64,000 nucleotides of DNA from Phycisphaerae bacterium (GCA_963666835.2 CAXXGO010000001.1:576001-640000); one strand, 5' to 3'; shown: positions 1 through 10,916, counted from the stretch's first letter. A program made the numbers and translations. Notes: generated by a model not told the origin, from the letters alone.

Positions 1-6
1 TCGGCA

Positions 7-1353
7 ATGGGCGATGACGATTCGACAACAAAGCCCGCAGCCATGGGCATTGTTGTCGGCGGCAGGCCGGCACCCGGCATCAACGGCGTAATCGGTGCAG
101 CTACGATCGAAGCAGTTAACAACGGGCTCTGCGTGCTAGGCATATACGACGGATTCCGTCATCTGGCCAGTGAGTTGTCTGCCACAGAGCAACACGTCCG
201 GGCCCTCACAATCAAGGACGTTGGCCGGATTCACTTCGACGGCGGTTCGATTCTGCGGACCTCGCGCACCAGTCTACTGGACCAGCCGAAACTCGCGGCA
301 TCTCCGGTTGTCGAACCTGATGCTGAGGCAACAACACGCATCTGCCAGCGGCTTCAGTCGCTCGGCGTGACGCGCCTGTTGACCATCGGCGGTGATGACA
401 CCGCCCTGAATGCGCGCCTAGTCGCGACCCAGGCTGCCGGAGGAGTTCGGGTCGTCCATGTTCCATGTACGATTGACAATGATCTACCCTTGCCCGGTGG
501 TGCCCCTACGGTTGGGTTTGCAACCGCACGGCACTTCGGGGCAGCGATCGTGGCCAACCTGATGGAGGATTCGCGCACCACCAGCCGGTGGTATATCATC
601 GTGACCATGGGGCGAAACACGGGCCATCTGGCCTTGGGCATCGGAAAGGCGGCCGGCGCAACGCTTACCGTCGTTCCCGAGGAATTCCCACGGCAAACCA
701 CGATCTCCGAGATCGCGGATATTCTGGAGGGCGCCATGCTTAAGCGTCGAGCGTCAGGCCGACGTGACGGCGTGGCCATACTTGCCGAAGGTTTCGCGTC
801 GATCCTGCGGGATCCCGACGAGTTGTCGAGAGCCCTGGGATCTCCAGTACCTCTCGACGCCGCCGGTCATCCTCGCCTTTCCGAGGTACCACTGGCCCGT
901 ATTCTCCAACTGGAGCTGGAGCGCCGTTTTGCGACTAGGAGCGAACGTATGACGCTTGTCGCGCACACCCTGGGGTACGAGCTGCGCTGCGCCGCTCCCA
1001 CGACGTCGGACATGGGATATGCCCGCGACTTGGGACACGGCGGTGTCCGGCTCCTTGTTGACTCGACACAGGAGCTTCCGACCGGGGTCATGGTCACGCT
1101 GCGCGAAGGCAATCTCAATCCGGTGTCCTTCGAAGACATGATTGACCCCACGACAAACCGAACGAAGATCCGGTCTGTGGACATCAACAGCTACTCGTAC
1201 GACGTTGCCCGGGCGTATATGATCCGCCTGGAACCGGAGGATTTTGAATCGCCGGTCTCGCTCGCGGCGTTGGCATCCGAAGCCCGAATGACACCTCATC
1301 AGTTCCGACAACGGTATGGAACGGTAGTGAAAGAACAACGGGGAATTCAATGA
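7..1353 (+). CDS. pfkA: 6-phosphofructokinase, PfkA family (PPi-type-like)
   Basis: GGxPAPGINGVI, GGSILRTSR, TIGGDDT, TIDND, MGRxxGHL and LGYELRCA motifs. Confidence 0.9.
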   Translation: MGDDDSTTKPAAMGIVVGGRPAPGINGVIGAATIEAVNNGLCVLGIYDGFRHLASELSATEQHVRALTIKDVGRIHFDGGSILRTSRTSLLDQPKLAASPVVEPDAEATTRICQRLQSLGVTRLLTIGGDDTALNARLVATQAAGGVRVVHVPCTIDNDLPLPGGAPTVGFATARHFGAAIVANLMEDSRTTSRWYIIVTMGRNTGHLALGIGKAAGATLTVVPEEFPRQTTISEIADILEGAMLKRRASGRRDGVAILAEGFASILRDPDELSRALGSPVPLDAAGHPRLSEVPLARILQLELERRFATRSERMTLVAHTLGYELRCAAPTTSDMGYARDLGHGGVRLLVDSTQELPTGVMVTLREGNLNPVSFEDMIDPTTNRTKIRSVDINSYSYDVARAYMIRLEPEDFESPVSLAALASEARMTPHQFRQRYGTVVKEQRGIQ

Positions 1354-2165
1354 ACGGCAAGCCCAAGACGCAGAACATGGCATTGTTCTGCGATTTCGAG
1401 AATATCGCCCTGGGAGTGCGGGACGCCCAGCTTGAGGCATTCGACGTCAAGAAGGTGCTGGAGCGTCTGTTGCTCAAGGGAAACATCGTTGTCAAGAAAG
1501 CCTACTGCGACTGGGATCGGTACAAGGAGTTCAAGGCGGCGATGCACGAGGCGGCATTTGAGTTGATCGAGATCCCCCATCTGCGCCAGTCGGGCAAGAA
1601 CTCGGCGGATGTCCGCATGGTCGTAGACGCCTTGGACCTCTGCTACACCAAGTCACACGTCGACACCTTCGTAATCATCAGCGGCGATTCGGATTTTTCG
1701 CCGCTGGCGAGCAAGCTGCGGGAGAACAACAAGATGGTCATCGGCGTCGGGGTCAAATCCTCCACCTCCGACCTGTTGATGTCAAACTGCGACGAGTTCA
1801 TCCTTTACGATGATCTGGTACGAGAGGCGAAGAAGCCGCGCAGGACAAAACCCAGGACCCCGATCGAAAAGTCAGCACCCAAGGCGGCGCCCGCAAGCGA
1901 CGAAAGCAGGAAGCAGAAGGCGCTCGATCTGGTTCTGGAGACAGTTGAAGACCTGTTTAAGGAACGTGGCGAAGAGGAGAAAGTATGGGGCTCGATGGTC
2001 AAGCAGACGCTCAAGCGGCGGAACCCGGGATTTAGCGAGTCCTGGCATGGCTTCAAGAACTTCGGCCAATTGCTTGAAGAGGCCCAGGCGCGCAAGCTGC
2101 TGGAGCTGGAGCACGACGACAAATCCGGCGGGTATATCGTTAGAGGCTTTACGCATGAAGATTAG
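1350..2165 (+). CDS. NYN/LabA-family PIN-fold protein with C-terminal OST-HTH/LOTUS domain
   Basis: FCDFEN, GKNSADxxMVVD, ISGDSDF; C-terminal GSMVKQTLKRRNPGFSE..GF..FGQLLE. Confidence 0.88.
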   Translation: MNGKPKTQNMALFCDFENIALGVRDAQLEAFDVKKVLERLLLKGNIVVKKAYCDWDRYKEFKAAMHEAAFELIEIPHLRQSGKNSADVRMVVDALDLCYTKSHVDTFVIISGDSDFSPLASKLRENNKMVIGVGVKSSTSDLLMSNCDEFILYDDLVREAKKPRRTKPRTPIEKSAPKAAPASDESRKQKALDLVLETVEDLFKERGEEEKVWGSMVKQTLKRRNPGFSESWHGFKNFGQLLEEAQARKLLELEHDDKSGGYIVRGFTHED

Positions 2166-2536
2166 GGCACTCGTTCTGGTTGGGCGTTCCCACGGACTTA
2201 TCTGCCCTGGAACTGGCGAATACACGCGAAGGCCAAGGTGATTCCAGACAACACTTCAGGATAACAACATGATCTTCAAAGGCAGATGTATTAGTCGCGG
2301 AGTCGCGCGAGGCCCTGCCATCCTGTCGGATTCGGCACCAGTCCTGGCGGCGGCGCTCCGAATGCGCCCCGGCGGCCTTCGAGTTCGAGCGTCTAAACGC
2401 CGCTATCGGCCGGGCCTGCGTGCAGCTTGATCGGACCAAGCGGCAGCTCGCGTGGCGCCCGGCGGGGGGCATCAACAGCTGCATCGAATGGGGTGAGTAA
2501 CGACTGGTAAGCAGGCCTTCACATGGAACCGTCATT

Positions 2537-3199
2537 ATGGATGAAGAGCAGGTCGTGCGGGCTGAGAGGTCGCTCATGAAGCCTGCGCGAGCACGTCCAG
2601 AATGGCGTCATCTGGTGCGGTGGCTCATAAAGCTCCGCGGAGCCCCGCGGGCCATCGCCTTGGGTGCCGCGATTGGCGTATTCGTCGCCTTCACGCCCAG
2701 TATCGGGTTTCAGACAGTAATCGCCCTGATCTTGGCCACGCTTCTGAATGCCAACCGACCGGCAGCCATGGCTCTGGTTTGGATCACGAATCCGCTGACC
2801 ATCCCCCCGTGCTTCCTCCTAACTTACTGCGTGGGATCCCTGGTCTGGCCCGGGCCATCACCTGCGACGGTGTCGCGAGAGATTCGGAACGCCATAGCGA
2901 TCGCCGGTCGACACGATTTCTGGGAGATGCACGGTCAGTTCAACGCGTTTGTCGGGATCGGCCGCGATGTCCTGATCCCATTGTTAATTGGCGGCATAGT
3001 CGTGGGGATCATCCTTGGCAGCGTCATGTACGTCCTCACCCTTGGGGCGGTTAAGACGTACCGTCAGCACAGAGCGGCACGCCGCGGGCGACGCGCGTTA
3101 GCGGGCAACAGCGCAGAACCAAGCCAAAAGCCGATGAGGCACGGTGCGTGTTTGCCGGCCGTTAATGACCGGCAGCCGCAAAGGAGGAAAGACCGTTGA
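2537..3199 (+). CDS. DUF2062 family membrane protein
   Basis: PRAIALGAAIGVFVAFTP, WITNPLT, hydrophobic helices; start could be 2576. Confidence 0.82.
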   Translation: MDEEQVVRAERSLMKPARARPEWRHLVRWLIKLRGAPRAIALGAAIGVFVAFTPSIGFQTVIALILATLLNANRPAAMALVWITNPLTIPPCFLLTYCVGSLVWPGPSPATVSREIRNAIAIAGRHDFWEMHGQFNAFVGIGRDVLIPLLIGGIVVGIILGSVMYVLTLGAVKTYRQHRAARRGRRALAGNSAEPSQKPMRHGACLPAVNDRQPQRRKDR

Positions 3200-4458
3200 C
3201 CATTTGGCTGTGGATCGGTTTTGTCGCGTTGGTGCTGGCGCTACTGGCCCTGGACCTGGGCGTGTTTCACCGCAAGACCCATGCGCTGACCGTCTCCGAG
3301 GCAGCGGTGTGGACAACGATGTGGGTGATCCTCGCGATGTTGTTCACCGCCAGCGTGTATTGGATGTACGAGCACCACTTCCTCGGAATCGGTCTGGCGA
3401 TCGGCCATGAGCTCACTGGCGGGCAAGCCGCCCTTCAGTTCTTCACCGGCTATGTGATCGAAAAGTCACTCAGTCTCGACAACATCTTCGTCATCGCCCT
3501 GATCTTCGCCTACTTTCGGATTCCGGCTATGTTCCAGCACCGCGTGCTCTTTTGGGGCATTCTCGGGGCGCTGGTCATGCGCGGCGCCATGATCGCCGCT
3601 GGCACCGTCCTTATTCACCGTTTTGCATGGGTTACCTACCTCTTCGGTGCTTTGCTGATCGCGACGGCGATCAAGCTGCTCGTGGTCCGGCATGACAACC
3701 TCAAGCCCGATCGAAATCCACTCGTCAGATTGGCACGGAGAATCTACCCAGTCAGCACTGAGCTGGACGGACAGAAGTTCTTCACGCAAATCGACGGGCG
3801 GCGTGCGGTCACACCATTGCTGTTAGTACTGCTGGTCGTAGAAAGCACCGACGTTCTGTTTGCGATGGACTCGATCCCCGCCATCTTCGCCGTGACTCGG
3901 GATCCGTTCATCGTGTTCACCTCAAACGTATTTGCGATCTTAGGCTTGCGCTCGCTTTACTTTGTGCTCGCCGGCGTAATGGACAAGTTTCGCTACCTCA
4001 AGATCAGTCTCGTATTCCTTCTGGCCTTCGTCGGGGTGAAGATGCTCCTCGCCCACCGTTTTCCGATACCCACGCTCGTTTCCCTGGGGATTATCAGTGG
4101 GATCCTGTCCGTGGGGGTCTTGGCTTCCATCCTGGCGGGGCACCGGGACAACGCCGCCCTTGTCTCACCGATTGCTGATGAGCTCGAAGACCTGGCTGAA
4201 TACTCATGGAAGCAGACTCGCCGTATCGTGATTGTTCTTATTGGCGCCACCATACTGATCGTCGGGATTGCGATGATCGTTCTTCCCGGTCCGGCAATTT
4301 TGGTTATCCCTGCCGGGCTCGCGATACTTGGAACCGAGTTCTTGTGGGCCCGGCAGCTGCTCGGAAAGATGAGGAAGACAGGGACTACGTTTTGGCAAAC
4401 GCTGCGGGATGCGATCCGTGGCAGCCAGATGGGAAACGGAGCTGGTGATCAAAGCTAG
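3196..4458 (+). CDS. TerC/Alx family membrane protein with C-terminal PGPGW domain
   Basis: EKSLSLDNIFV, QHRVLFWGILGALVMR, TDVLFAMDSIPA, FTSNVFAILGLR; tail LPGPAILVIPAGLAILGTEFLWA. Confidence 0.9.
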   Translation: MTIWLWIGFVALVLALLALDLGVFHRKTHALTVSEAAVWTTMWVILAMLFTASVYWMYEHHFLGIGLAIGHELTGGQAALQFFTGYVIEKSLSLDNIFVIALIFAYFRIPAMFQHRVLFWGILGALVMRGAMIAAGTVLIHRFAWVTYLFGALLIATAIKLLVVRHDNLKPDRNPLVRLARRIYPVSTELDGQKFFTQIDGRRAVTPLLLVLLVVESTDVLFAMDSIPAIFAVTRDPFIVFTSNVFAILGLRSLYFVLAGVMDKFRYLKISLVFLLAFVGVKMLLAHRFPIPTLVSLGIISGILSVGVLASILAGHRDNAALVSPIADELEDLAEYSWKQTRRIVIVLIGATILIVGIAMIVLPGPAILVIPAGLAILGTEFLWARQLLGKMRKTGTTFWQTLRDAIRGSQMGNGAGDQS

Positions 4459-4505
4459 GCAGATGAACCGCTTTGCTGATCCGCACTGAGTAGGAGTTCC
4501 GCATT

Positions 4506-5624
4506 ATGAAATGGTCTTGGAAGGCGGGTGCGATCTCGGGAGTCGCCATCCATATTCATTGGACGTTCGTGCTTCTGATCGGCTGGATTCTTGCTGCCCA
4601 TCTGACGCGTGGTGAGACGATCGCTGACGCTATGGTGGGGCTCGGCTTCATCTTGGCGATCTTCGGTTGTGTTGTGCTGCATGAACTTGGCCATGCCCTC
4701 GCAGCTAGACGCTATGGAATCGCGACGCGGGATATTACGCTGCTGCCAATCGGCGGTGTCGCCCGGCTTGAGCGGATGCCAGAGAATCCTATCGAGGAGC
4801 TGGTTGTCGCGGTAGCCGGTCCTGCCGTCAACATGGTGATTGCCGCTGCCCTCCTTGTAGGCGTCGCGGTGTCCGTGGGAATCGGCTCGATGGGGCAAGT
4901 CGACCCAGCGGGAGGGCACTTCTTGGTCCAGTTGACGTACGTGAACATCGCACTGGTCGTGTTCAATCTCATTCCGGCGTTTCCCATGGATGGAGGTCGC
5001 GTCTTGCGGGCGCTCCTCGCGACACGCATCGAGTACGTGCGCGCGACGCAGATCGCGGCCACAATAGGGCAAGGTCTGGCCATCGTCTTCGGCGTCTTAG
5101 GCTTCTTCTTCAATCCGTTCTTACTGTTCATTGCGCTCTTTGTATATCTCGGGGCGCAGGCCGAAGCTCATCACACCGAATTGCGTTCGCTCACACGCGG
5201 TGTGCCGGTGCGCGAGGCGATGGTCACGCGGTTTCGGTCGCTGGCAGAGGCTGACAGCCTCTCGAAGGTGGTCGAGGAGTTGCTCTCCGGCGACCAGCAG
5301 GATTTTCCAGTCAAGAGCGGCTCCCGTGTAGTAGGAATCCTCCCCCGGGACGCGTTGATCAAGGCCCTCGCGTCAACCGGGCCAACCGGCAGCGTGGCCG
5401 ACGTGATGCGGCGAGACTTCCAAACGGTGAGCGATACCGAGATGCTCGATCAGGTATTCGAACCGATGCGCGCGGCAGGCCTGAGAGCCGTCCCCGTTAA
5501 TCGACAGGGTGAGCTGGTCGGAATGCTGACGCTTGAGAACCTCGGGGAATGGATGATGGTGAACTGCGCGCTTCGGAAATGTCGGCCACGAAGCGCCATC
5601 GAGAATATCTTCGGCAAGATCTGA
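4506..5624 (+). CDS. Site-2 (M50) zinc metalloprotease with tandem CBS domains
   Basis: HELGH, AGP, FNLIPAFPMDGGR, C-terminal CBS pair. Confidence 0.92.
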   Translation: MKWSWKAGAISGVAIHIHWTFVLLIGWILAAHLTRGETIADAMVGLGFILAIFGCVVLHELGHALAARRYGIATRDITLLPIGGVARLERMPENPIEELVVAVAGPAVNMVIAAALLVGVAVSVGIGSMGQVDPAGGHFLVQLTYVNIALVVFNLIPAFPMDGGRVLRALLATRIEYVRATQIAATIGQGLAIVFGVLGFFFNPFLLFIALFVYLGAQAEAHHTELRSLTRGVPVREAMVTRFRSLAEADSLSKVVEELLSGDQQDFPVKSGSRVVGILPRDALIKALASTGPTGSVADVMRRDFQTVSDTEMLDQVFEPMRAAGLRAVPVNRQGELVGMLTLENLGEWMMVNCALRKCRPRSAIENIFGKI

Positions 5625-5728
5625 ACTCCGTCGCACGCGACTGGCATCTCGCCGCCGCGTGCCTTAGTGTCACGCCTGGCGTCCCGATGCGTGGCTGAGT
5701 CGCGTTACTCGCATTTGGAGTTGCTCCG

Positions 5729-6850
5729 ATGGCACGCAGAAAACACACGTTTCTATCGACAAAGGTGGTCCGCGGCATACTCACAGGGTTGGTCTTCCTG
5801 GTTGTGGTCGTGCTGCTGATGGTCTGGCTGGCCGGTGGGTTCCACCGCAAGATCGACCGATCTTCGTCTCAATCCCACGCCGCATCCAGTCCTACAATTG
5901 AACTGCCTACCGATGCGGCGACGGCGCAAGTCCGGTTGATGCAGGTGCCCCGGGTCGAGCAAGCGGTGGGGACTGTCCGGGCCGTGCATGAAAGCGCTGT
6001 CGCAGCGAAGCTGCTTGCGAAGATCATGGAAGTCAACATTACGGCAGGGCAGGCGGTCAGCAAGGGGGACGTTCTGGTGCGCTTGGACGACGAGGATTTG
6101 GCCGCTCGGGTTGAGCAGGCGCAATCGAGCGCCAGTGGAGCCCGCTTCGCCCGTGATCAGGCCAAGATCGAGTACGACCGCATCAAACAGCTGATAGAGC
6201 AGGCAGCTGCCTCGAAGATTGAATGGGACCGGGTGCAGAGTGCGCTCAAAACCGCTGAAGCCGAGCTACAACGTGCCGAGCAGGCGGTCAATGAATCCAA
6301 AACCGTATTGGGCTACGCAACGATTCGGGCTCCCATTGACGGTGTGGTTATCGATAAACGCGTTGAGGTTGGCGACACCGCGACACCCGGTCAGATCTTG
6401 CTGACGCTTTACGATCCGACGCGCATGCAGCTGGTTGCGAGCGTCCGCGAGTCACTCACGCGAAGGCTGCAGGTTGGGCAGACGATCGGCGTGAGCATCG
6501 AGACGATCGGACATACCTGCGAGGGGCGTGTGAGCGAGATCGTTCCTGAGGCCGAAGCGGCGAGCAGGACGTTTCTCGTGAAGGTGACCGGTCCATGTCC
6601 ACCGGGCGTTTACACGGGTATGTTTGGCCGATTGCTGATTCCTCTCGACGACGAGTTCGTTCTCGTCATCCCACGGTCAGCCGTGGAGCAGGTCGGGCAG
6701 CTGGAGCTTGTAAAGGTCGTTGAAGACGACCGGCTGCGGCGGCGTGCGGTCAAGCTTGGCCGATCCTTTGGTGACGACGTCGAGGTTCTTTCAGGCCTGC
6801 GCGAAGGCGAGCGGGTCACCGTCCAGCAAACTCAGGAGGAGCCCAAGTGA
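5729..6850 (+). CDS. RND efflux periplasmic adaptor (membrane fusion protein)
   Basis: N-terminal TM, lipoyl-like V.KGDVLVRLD, IRAPIDGVV, VEVLSGL.EGERV. Confidence 0.9.
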   Translation: MARRKHTFLSTKVVRGILTGLVFLVVVVLLMVWLAGGFHRKIDRSSSQSHAASSPTIELPTDAATAQVRLMQVPRVEQAVGTVRAVHESAVAAKLLAKIMEVNITAGQAVSKGDVLVRLDDEDLAARVEQAQSSASGARFARDQAKIEYDRIKQLIEQAAASKIEWDRVQSALKTAEAELQRAEQAVNESKTVLGYATIRAPIDGVVIDKRVEVGDTATPGQILLTLYDPTRMQLVASVRESLTRRLQVGQTIGVSIETIGHTCEGRVSEIVPEAEAASRTFLVKVTGPCPPGVYTGMFGRLLIPLDDEFVLVIPRSAVEQVGQLELVKVVEDDRLRRRAVKLGRSFGDDVEVLSGLREGERVTVQQTQEEPK

Positions 6851-9800
6851 TGACGTCAGGTGCAACTCCACCCGCTGTCGACTCCAAGCACGGCTTCACC
6901 AATGCCATTGTACGGGCTTTCTTGGAGTCGAATCTGTCGCTAGTCCTGATTCTGCTGGCCGCAGCGCTTGGGATGACCGCGCTCGCAGTCACACCGCGCG
7001 AGGAAGACCCACAAATCGTGGTGCCCATGGCCGACGTGTACGTGGACTTTCCCGGGCACTCGGCCGAGGAAGTCGAACAACTCGTGACCACCCCGCTGGA
7101 GAAGCTGCTCTACGAAATCGACGGCGTTGAGTACGTCTACTCGATGTCCCGCGAAGGATCGGCCATCATCACGGTTCGCTACTTCGTGGGGGAAGACCGC
7201 GAACGCAGTCTGGTGAAGCTCTACAAACGCATTGACGAGCATCTCGACATCGTACCGCCCGGAGTGGCCGGCTGGGTGATTAAGCCGGTCGAGATCGACG
7301 ATGTCCCCATCATCACGCTAACGCTCTCCAGTGCCACATCGGACGGGCACGTCTTGCGTCGTGTTGCCGAGGAACTGGTGCAGCGGCTCTCCACCGTCGA
7401 GAACCTCTCGCGGGCGTACGTCGTGGGTGGCCAGCCGCGCGTCGTCCATGTCTATCTTGATCCCCGCCGCATGGAGGGTTATCGAATCTCTCCGCTCGAC
7501 GTCAAACAGGCGATCGAGTCTGCCAATGTGACAGCCATTGTAGGGAGCTTCGCCCGCGAAGACAGGTCGCAACGTGTCGAGGTCGGGACGGCGTTCGCCC
7601 ATCCTGATGAGCTTCGCGATCTGGTGGTCGGCGTATCCGGTGATCGACCCGTCTTCCTGAAGGATGTCGCCCGCGTTGTTGACGGGGCGTGGGAGGTGAC
7701 GGACTACGTTCGTCATGGCTGGGGGCCGGCACGGGGTTTCGAGCATCGCAAGTCATTCACCGGCACACTCGCGGACGGCGACGGCGCTGCCGATGGCCCC
7801 GATGCTGCAAGTGTGCCAGCGGTCACGATCGCGCTCGCCAAGAAGAAGGGCACGAATGCCGTCAAGGTCGCTGAAGAGATTCTCTTGAAAGCGGAGTTGC
7901 TCAAGCGTGAGGTCGTTCCGGATGACGTCGACATGGTCATCACGCGCAACTACGGTCTAACCGCCGACGAAAAAGTGAACGAACTGGTCGAAGCCTTAGG
8001 CGTGGCTATCTTCATCGTGATCGCCTTGCTGACGCTGGGGCTGGGATGGCGCGAGTCGCTGATCGTTGTCCTGGCAATCCCGGTCGTGTTCGGCTTGACC
8101 CTGACGGTCAACCTGCTCTTCGGCTTCACCATCAACCGTGTGACGCTCTTTGCGCTAATCCTCTCCCTCGGCCTGCTCGTGGACGACCCGATCGTGGATG
8201 TCGAGAACATCTCGCGACACTTTGGGCTCCACCGTCGAGCCTCACGGGACATTGTTCTCGAGGCTGTTGCCGAGATCCGCCCCCCGCTGATCACCGCCAC
8301 GTTGGCCGTCATTGTCTCGTTTCTACCAATGTTCTTTATCACGGGCATGATGGGGCCGTACATGCGCCCGATGGCCCTAAACGTCCCGATAGCGATGCTC
8401 ATGTCGATGGTGGTGGCCTTCACCATCACTCCTTGGCTTTCGTTCCACCTGCTCAAGAGGAAGTACTCATCTGGCGATCCGGTGCCTGACCAAGTCGCCG
8501 ATGTGCATGATACCAGCAAAGTGAAGAAGTCGATGCTCTATCGGTTCTTCTATCCACTGATGGCCCCGCTTCTCCATTCGCGCATGAAGGCTTGGGTATT
8601 TTTGGTGATCATGGGTAGCCTCACCCTGCTGGCGGCCGGGCTGGCTGTGACCCGGCACGTTCCCTTGAAAACGCTGCCGTTCGACAACAAGAACGAATTG
8701 CTGTTCGTGCTCGATCTTGACGAGGGGACAACGCTGGAACGTACGGACGCGTGCGTTCGCGAGGTTGAGGAGTACCTGTATGGCGTGGTGGAGGTGACCG
8801 ATTTTACTTCCTTTGTCGGTCTCTCCTCTCCGATGGACTTCAATGGCATGGTGCGGCACTACTACCTGCGCCGCGGAGACAACGTTGCCGAGATTCGAGT
8901 CAACCTGGTGGGTAAGAAGAGCCGCAGCCAGCAGAGCCACGCCATCGGACTGCGTATCCGCGACGACCTGACGCAGATCGCCCGGAGGCATGATGCAAGC
9001 CTGAAGATCGTTGAGATCCCACCCGGCCCGCCGGTCATTGCGACTGTTGTGGGCGAAATCTACGGCCGGCCGTATCACTCCTACGATGCCCTTATTGAAG
9101 CCGCCAAGGTATTGCGGGCCCGGCTCGAGGCCGAGCCTGGTATTGTGGATGTCGACGACTCCGTCGAGGCCGATGAGACTAAGGTGGTCTTCCGCACCGA
9201 CAAGGAGAAGGCGGCGCTGAACGGTGTCACGGTGGCCGAGATCGTCGAGACGCTCGAAATCTGCCTGGACGGCGTGTCTGGCGGCACCGTGCATGTGCGT
9301 TCCGAGCGCCATCCGCTCCTCATCGAGTTGCGGCTGCAAAGGGCCATCCGTTCCAGTGTCGCCGATCTTGCCGAAGTGCGTGTCAAGGGGCGAAATGGGA
9401 ACGTGGTGCCACTGGCAGAACTCGGACGATGGGAGAACTCACGCTTAGACAAAACCATCTACCACAAGAACCTGCGTCGGGTGGCGTATGTGTTTGCCGA
9501 GACCGCCGGGCGCGCTGCAGCTGATACCGTCGTCGACATTCAAGCCGACCGTGTGGTTGAGACGCTCAGCATGCCGATTGGCGCATCGGTGCTGGGCAAC
9601 GGATGGATCAGTACGGCAAGCCCGAGGCCGACGGCTGGACGTACTTTCTTCAACAACGGCAGCGGAGTCCCGTGGTACGTTCCCGAGGGGATTGAAGTCG
9701 ACTTTGCCGGTGAGGGTGAGTGGAAGATCACGCTGGACGTCTTTCGCGATCTGGGTCTGGCGTTTGCGGCGGCCTTGGCGGGCATTTACATTCTTCTTGT

Positions 9801-10308
9801 CGGACAGACACGTTCATTCGTGGTCCCGGTGGTGGTCATGCTCGCCATTCCGTTAAACATACTGGGCATCATGCCGGGCTTTTGGCTGCTCAATGTTATT
9901 GCCGGCGACACGGTCGGCTCCTACGCTGATCCGATCTTCTTCACCGCCACCGGCATGATTGGCATGATTGCCTTGGCCGGGATTGTGACCCGGGACTCGA
10001 TCATCCTTGTGGATTTCATCCATCTTTCTCTTAAACGGGGACGATCACTCTTTGATGCTATCATGGAAAGCCGCGTCGTGCGACTGCGCCCCATCCTGCT
10101 GACCGTGGCGACGGCCATGCTGTCCGCGGTGCCGATTACGATCGACCCGATCTTCTCGGGCCTGGCATGGTCGCTGATCTTCGGCCTTTTCGCTTCCACC
10201 GTGTTTACGCTTTTTGTTATCCCAATCGCCTACTGGCTGATTTATGCTAATCGCCCGGGGCACGGGGAACAGCACCCCCGGCCCGTGACACAGCAAAACC
10301 CTGCATGA
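6847..10308 (+). CDS. RND efflux permease (AcrB/AcrD/AcrF family)
   Basis: PREEDPQI, LGLLVDDPIVDVENI, RLRPILLT; overlaps the adaptor stop. Confidence 0.93.
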   Translation: MMTSGATPPAVDSKHGFTNAIVRAFLESNLSLVLILLAAALGMTALAVTPREEDPQIVVPMADVYVDFPGHSAEEVEQLVTTPLEKLLYEIDGVEYVYSMSREGSAIITVRYFVGEDRERSLVKLYKRIDEHLDIVPPGVAGWVIKPVEIDDVPIITLTLSSATSDGHVLRRVAEELVQRLSTVENLSRAYVVGGQPRVVHVYLDPRRMEGYRISPLDVKQAIESANVTAIVGSFAREDRSQRVEVGTAFAHPDELRDLVVGVSGDRPVFLKDVARVVDGAWEVTDYVRHGWGPARGFEHRKSFTGTLADGDGAADGPDAASVPAVTIALAKKKGTNAVKVAEEILLKAELLKREVVPDDVDMVITRNYGLTADEKVNELVEALGVAIFIVIALLTLGLGWRESLIVVLAIPVVFGLTLTVNLLFGFTINRVTLFALILSLGLLVDDPIVDVENISRHFGLHRRASRDIVLEAVAEIRPPLITATLAVIVSFLPMFFITGMMGPYMRPMALNVPIAMLMSMVVAFTITPWLSFHLLKRKYSSGDPVPDQVADVHDTSKVKKSMLYRFFYPLMAPLLHSRMKAWVFLVIMGSLTLLAAGLAVTRHVPLKTLPFDNKNELLFVLDLDEGTTLERTDACVREVEEYLYGVVEVTDFTSFVGLSSPMDFNGMVRHYYLRRGDNVAEIRVNLVGKKSRSQQSHAIGLRIRDDLTQIARRHDASLKIVEIPPGPPVIATVVGEIYGRPYHSYDALIEAAKVLRARLEAEPGIVDVDDSVEADETKVVFRTDKEKAALNGVTVAEIVETLEICLDGVSGGTVHVRSERHPLLIELRLQRAIRSSVADLAEVRVKGRNGNVVPLAELGRWENSRLDKTIYHKNLRRVAYVFAETAGRAAADTVVDIQADRVVETLSMPIGASVLGNGWISTASPRPTAGRTFFNNGSGVPWYVPEGIEVDFAGEGEWKITLDVFRDLGLAFAAALAGIYILLVGQTRSFVVPVVVMLAIPLNILGIMPGFWLLNVIAGDTVGSYADPIFFTATGMIGMIALAGIVTRDSIILVDFIHLSLKRGRSLFDAIMESRVVRLRPILLTVATAMLSAVPITIDPIFSGLAWSLIFGLFASTVFTLFVIPIAYWLIYANRPGHGEQHPRPVTQQNPA

Positions 10309-10316
10309 TGCCGGGA

Positions 10317-10916
10317 CTATCCTCCCCTCATCTCGCTCATTCCCGCGGTTACGGCGAACCGCATCGCCTGCTCGATGGACATGTCGATTGGTTGGACAGC
10401 CGAGCGCGGGACCATTGTCGTGAACCCGCCGATCTGGTAGCTCATCGGCAGATAGACCGCCACGTTACCATCGCCACCGATCCCGGCCGGCAGGTCGCCG
10501 AAATCCTCTCGCGTGATAAACCCGATGAAACGTAGCGGGGTGTTCCCGACGGAAACCACGACGGCCTTGCGAATCGTTTTCTTGTCGGAGCCTGAGAAGA
10601 AGCCCATCAGGTCGCGCACGGACCCATACAGCGCCTTCACCAGGGGAATTCGCTCCACGAACCTCTCGCCCCATCGAAACACCTTTCGAAAGAGCCACGC
10701 CTTCATCAAAACGCCAATCACGAAGACCAAAGCCAGCCCGGCCACGACGCCCATCCCCGGCCAGTACAGGCTGCTCGGGACAAGCATCTTCAGTCCTCGT
10801 CCCAGGAAAGACTCTGCCGCGCTGCCCAGCCAGTACAGCACATAGAGCGTCACCGTGACCGGCAGAACGGCGGCCAGCCCTGTGAGAAACATCCTTATAA
10901 CCAGCTTCATGTTCAC
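10317..10916 (-). CDS. DUF502 family membrane protein
   Basis: FLTGL..VLP..VT, RIPLVKALY, VYLPMSYQIGG, AMRFAVTAG. Confidence 0.85.
   Translation of the reverse strand: MNMKLVIRMFLTGLAAVLPVTVTLYVLYWLGSAAESFLGRGLKMLVPSSLYWPGMGVVAGLALVFVIGVLMKAWLFRKVFRWGERFVERIPLVKALYGSVRDLMGFFSGSDKKTIRKAVVVSVGNTPLRFIGFITREDFGDLPAGIGGDGNVAVYLPMSYQIGGFTTMVPRSAVQPIDMSIEQAMRFAVTAGMSEMRGG

Noticed and set aside
2166..2536. Possible gene remnant between the NYN and DUF2062 genes
   Set aside because: No recognisable family motif or RBS-linked start.
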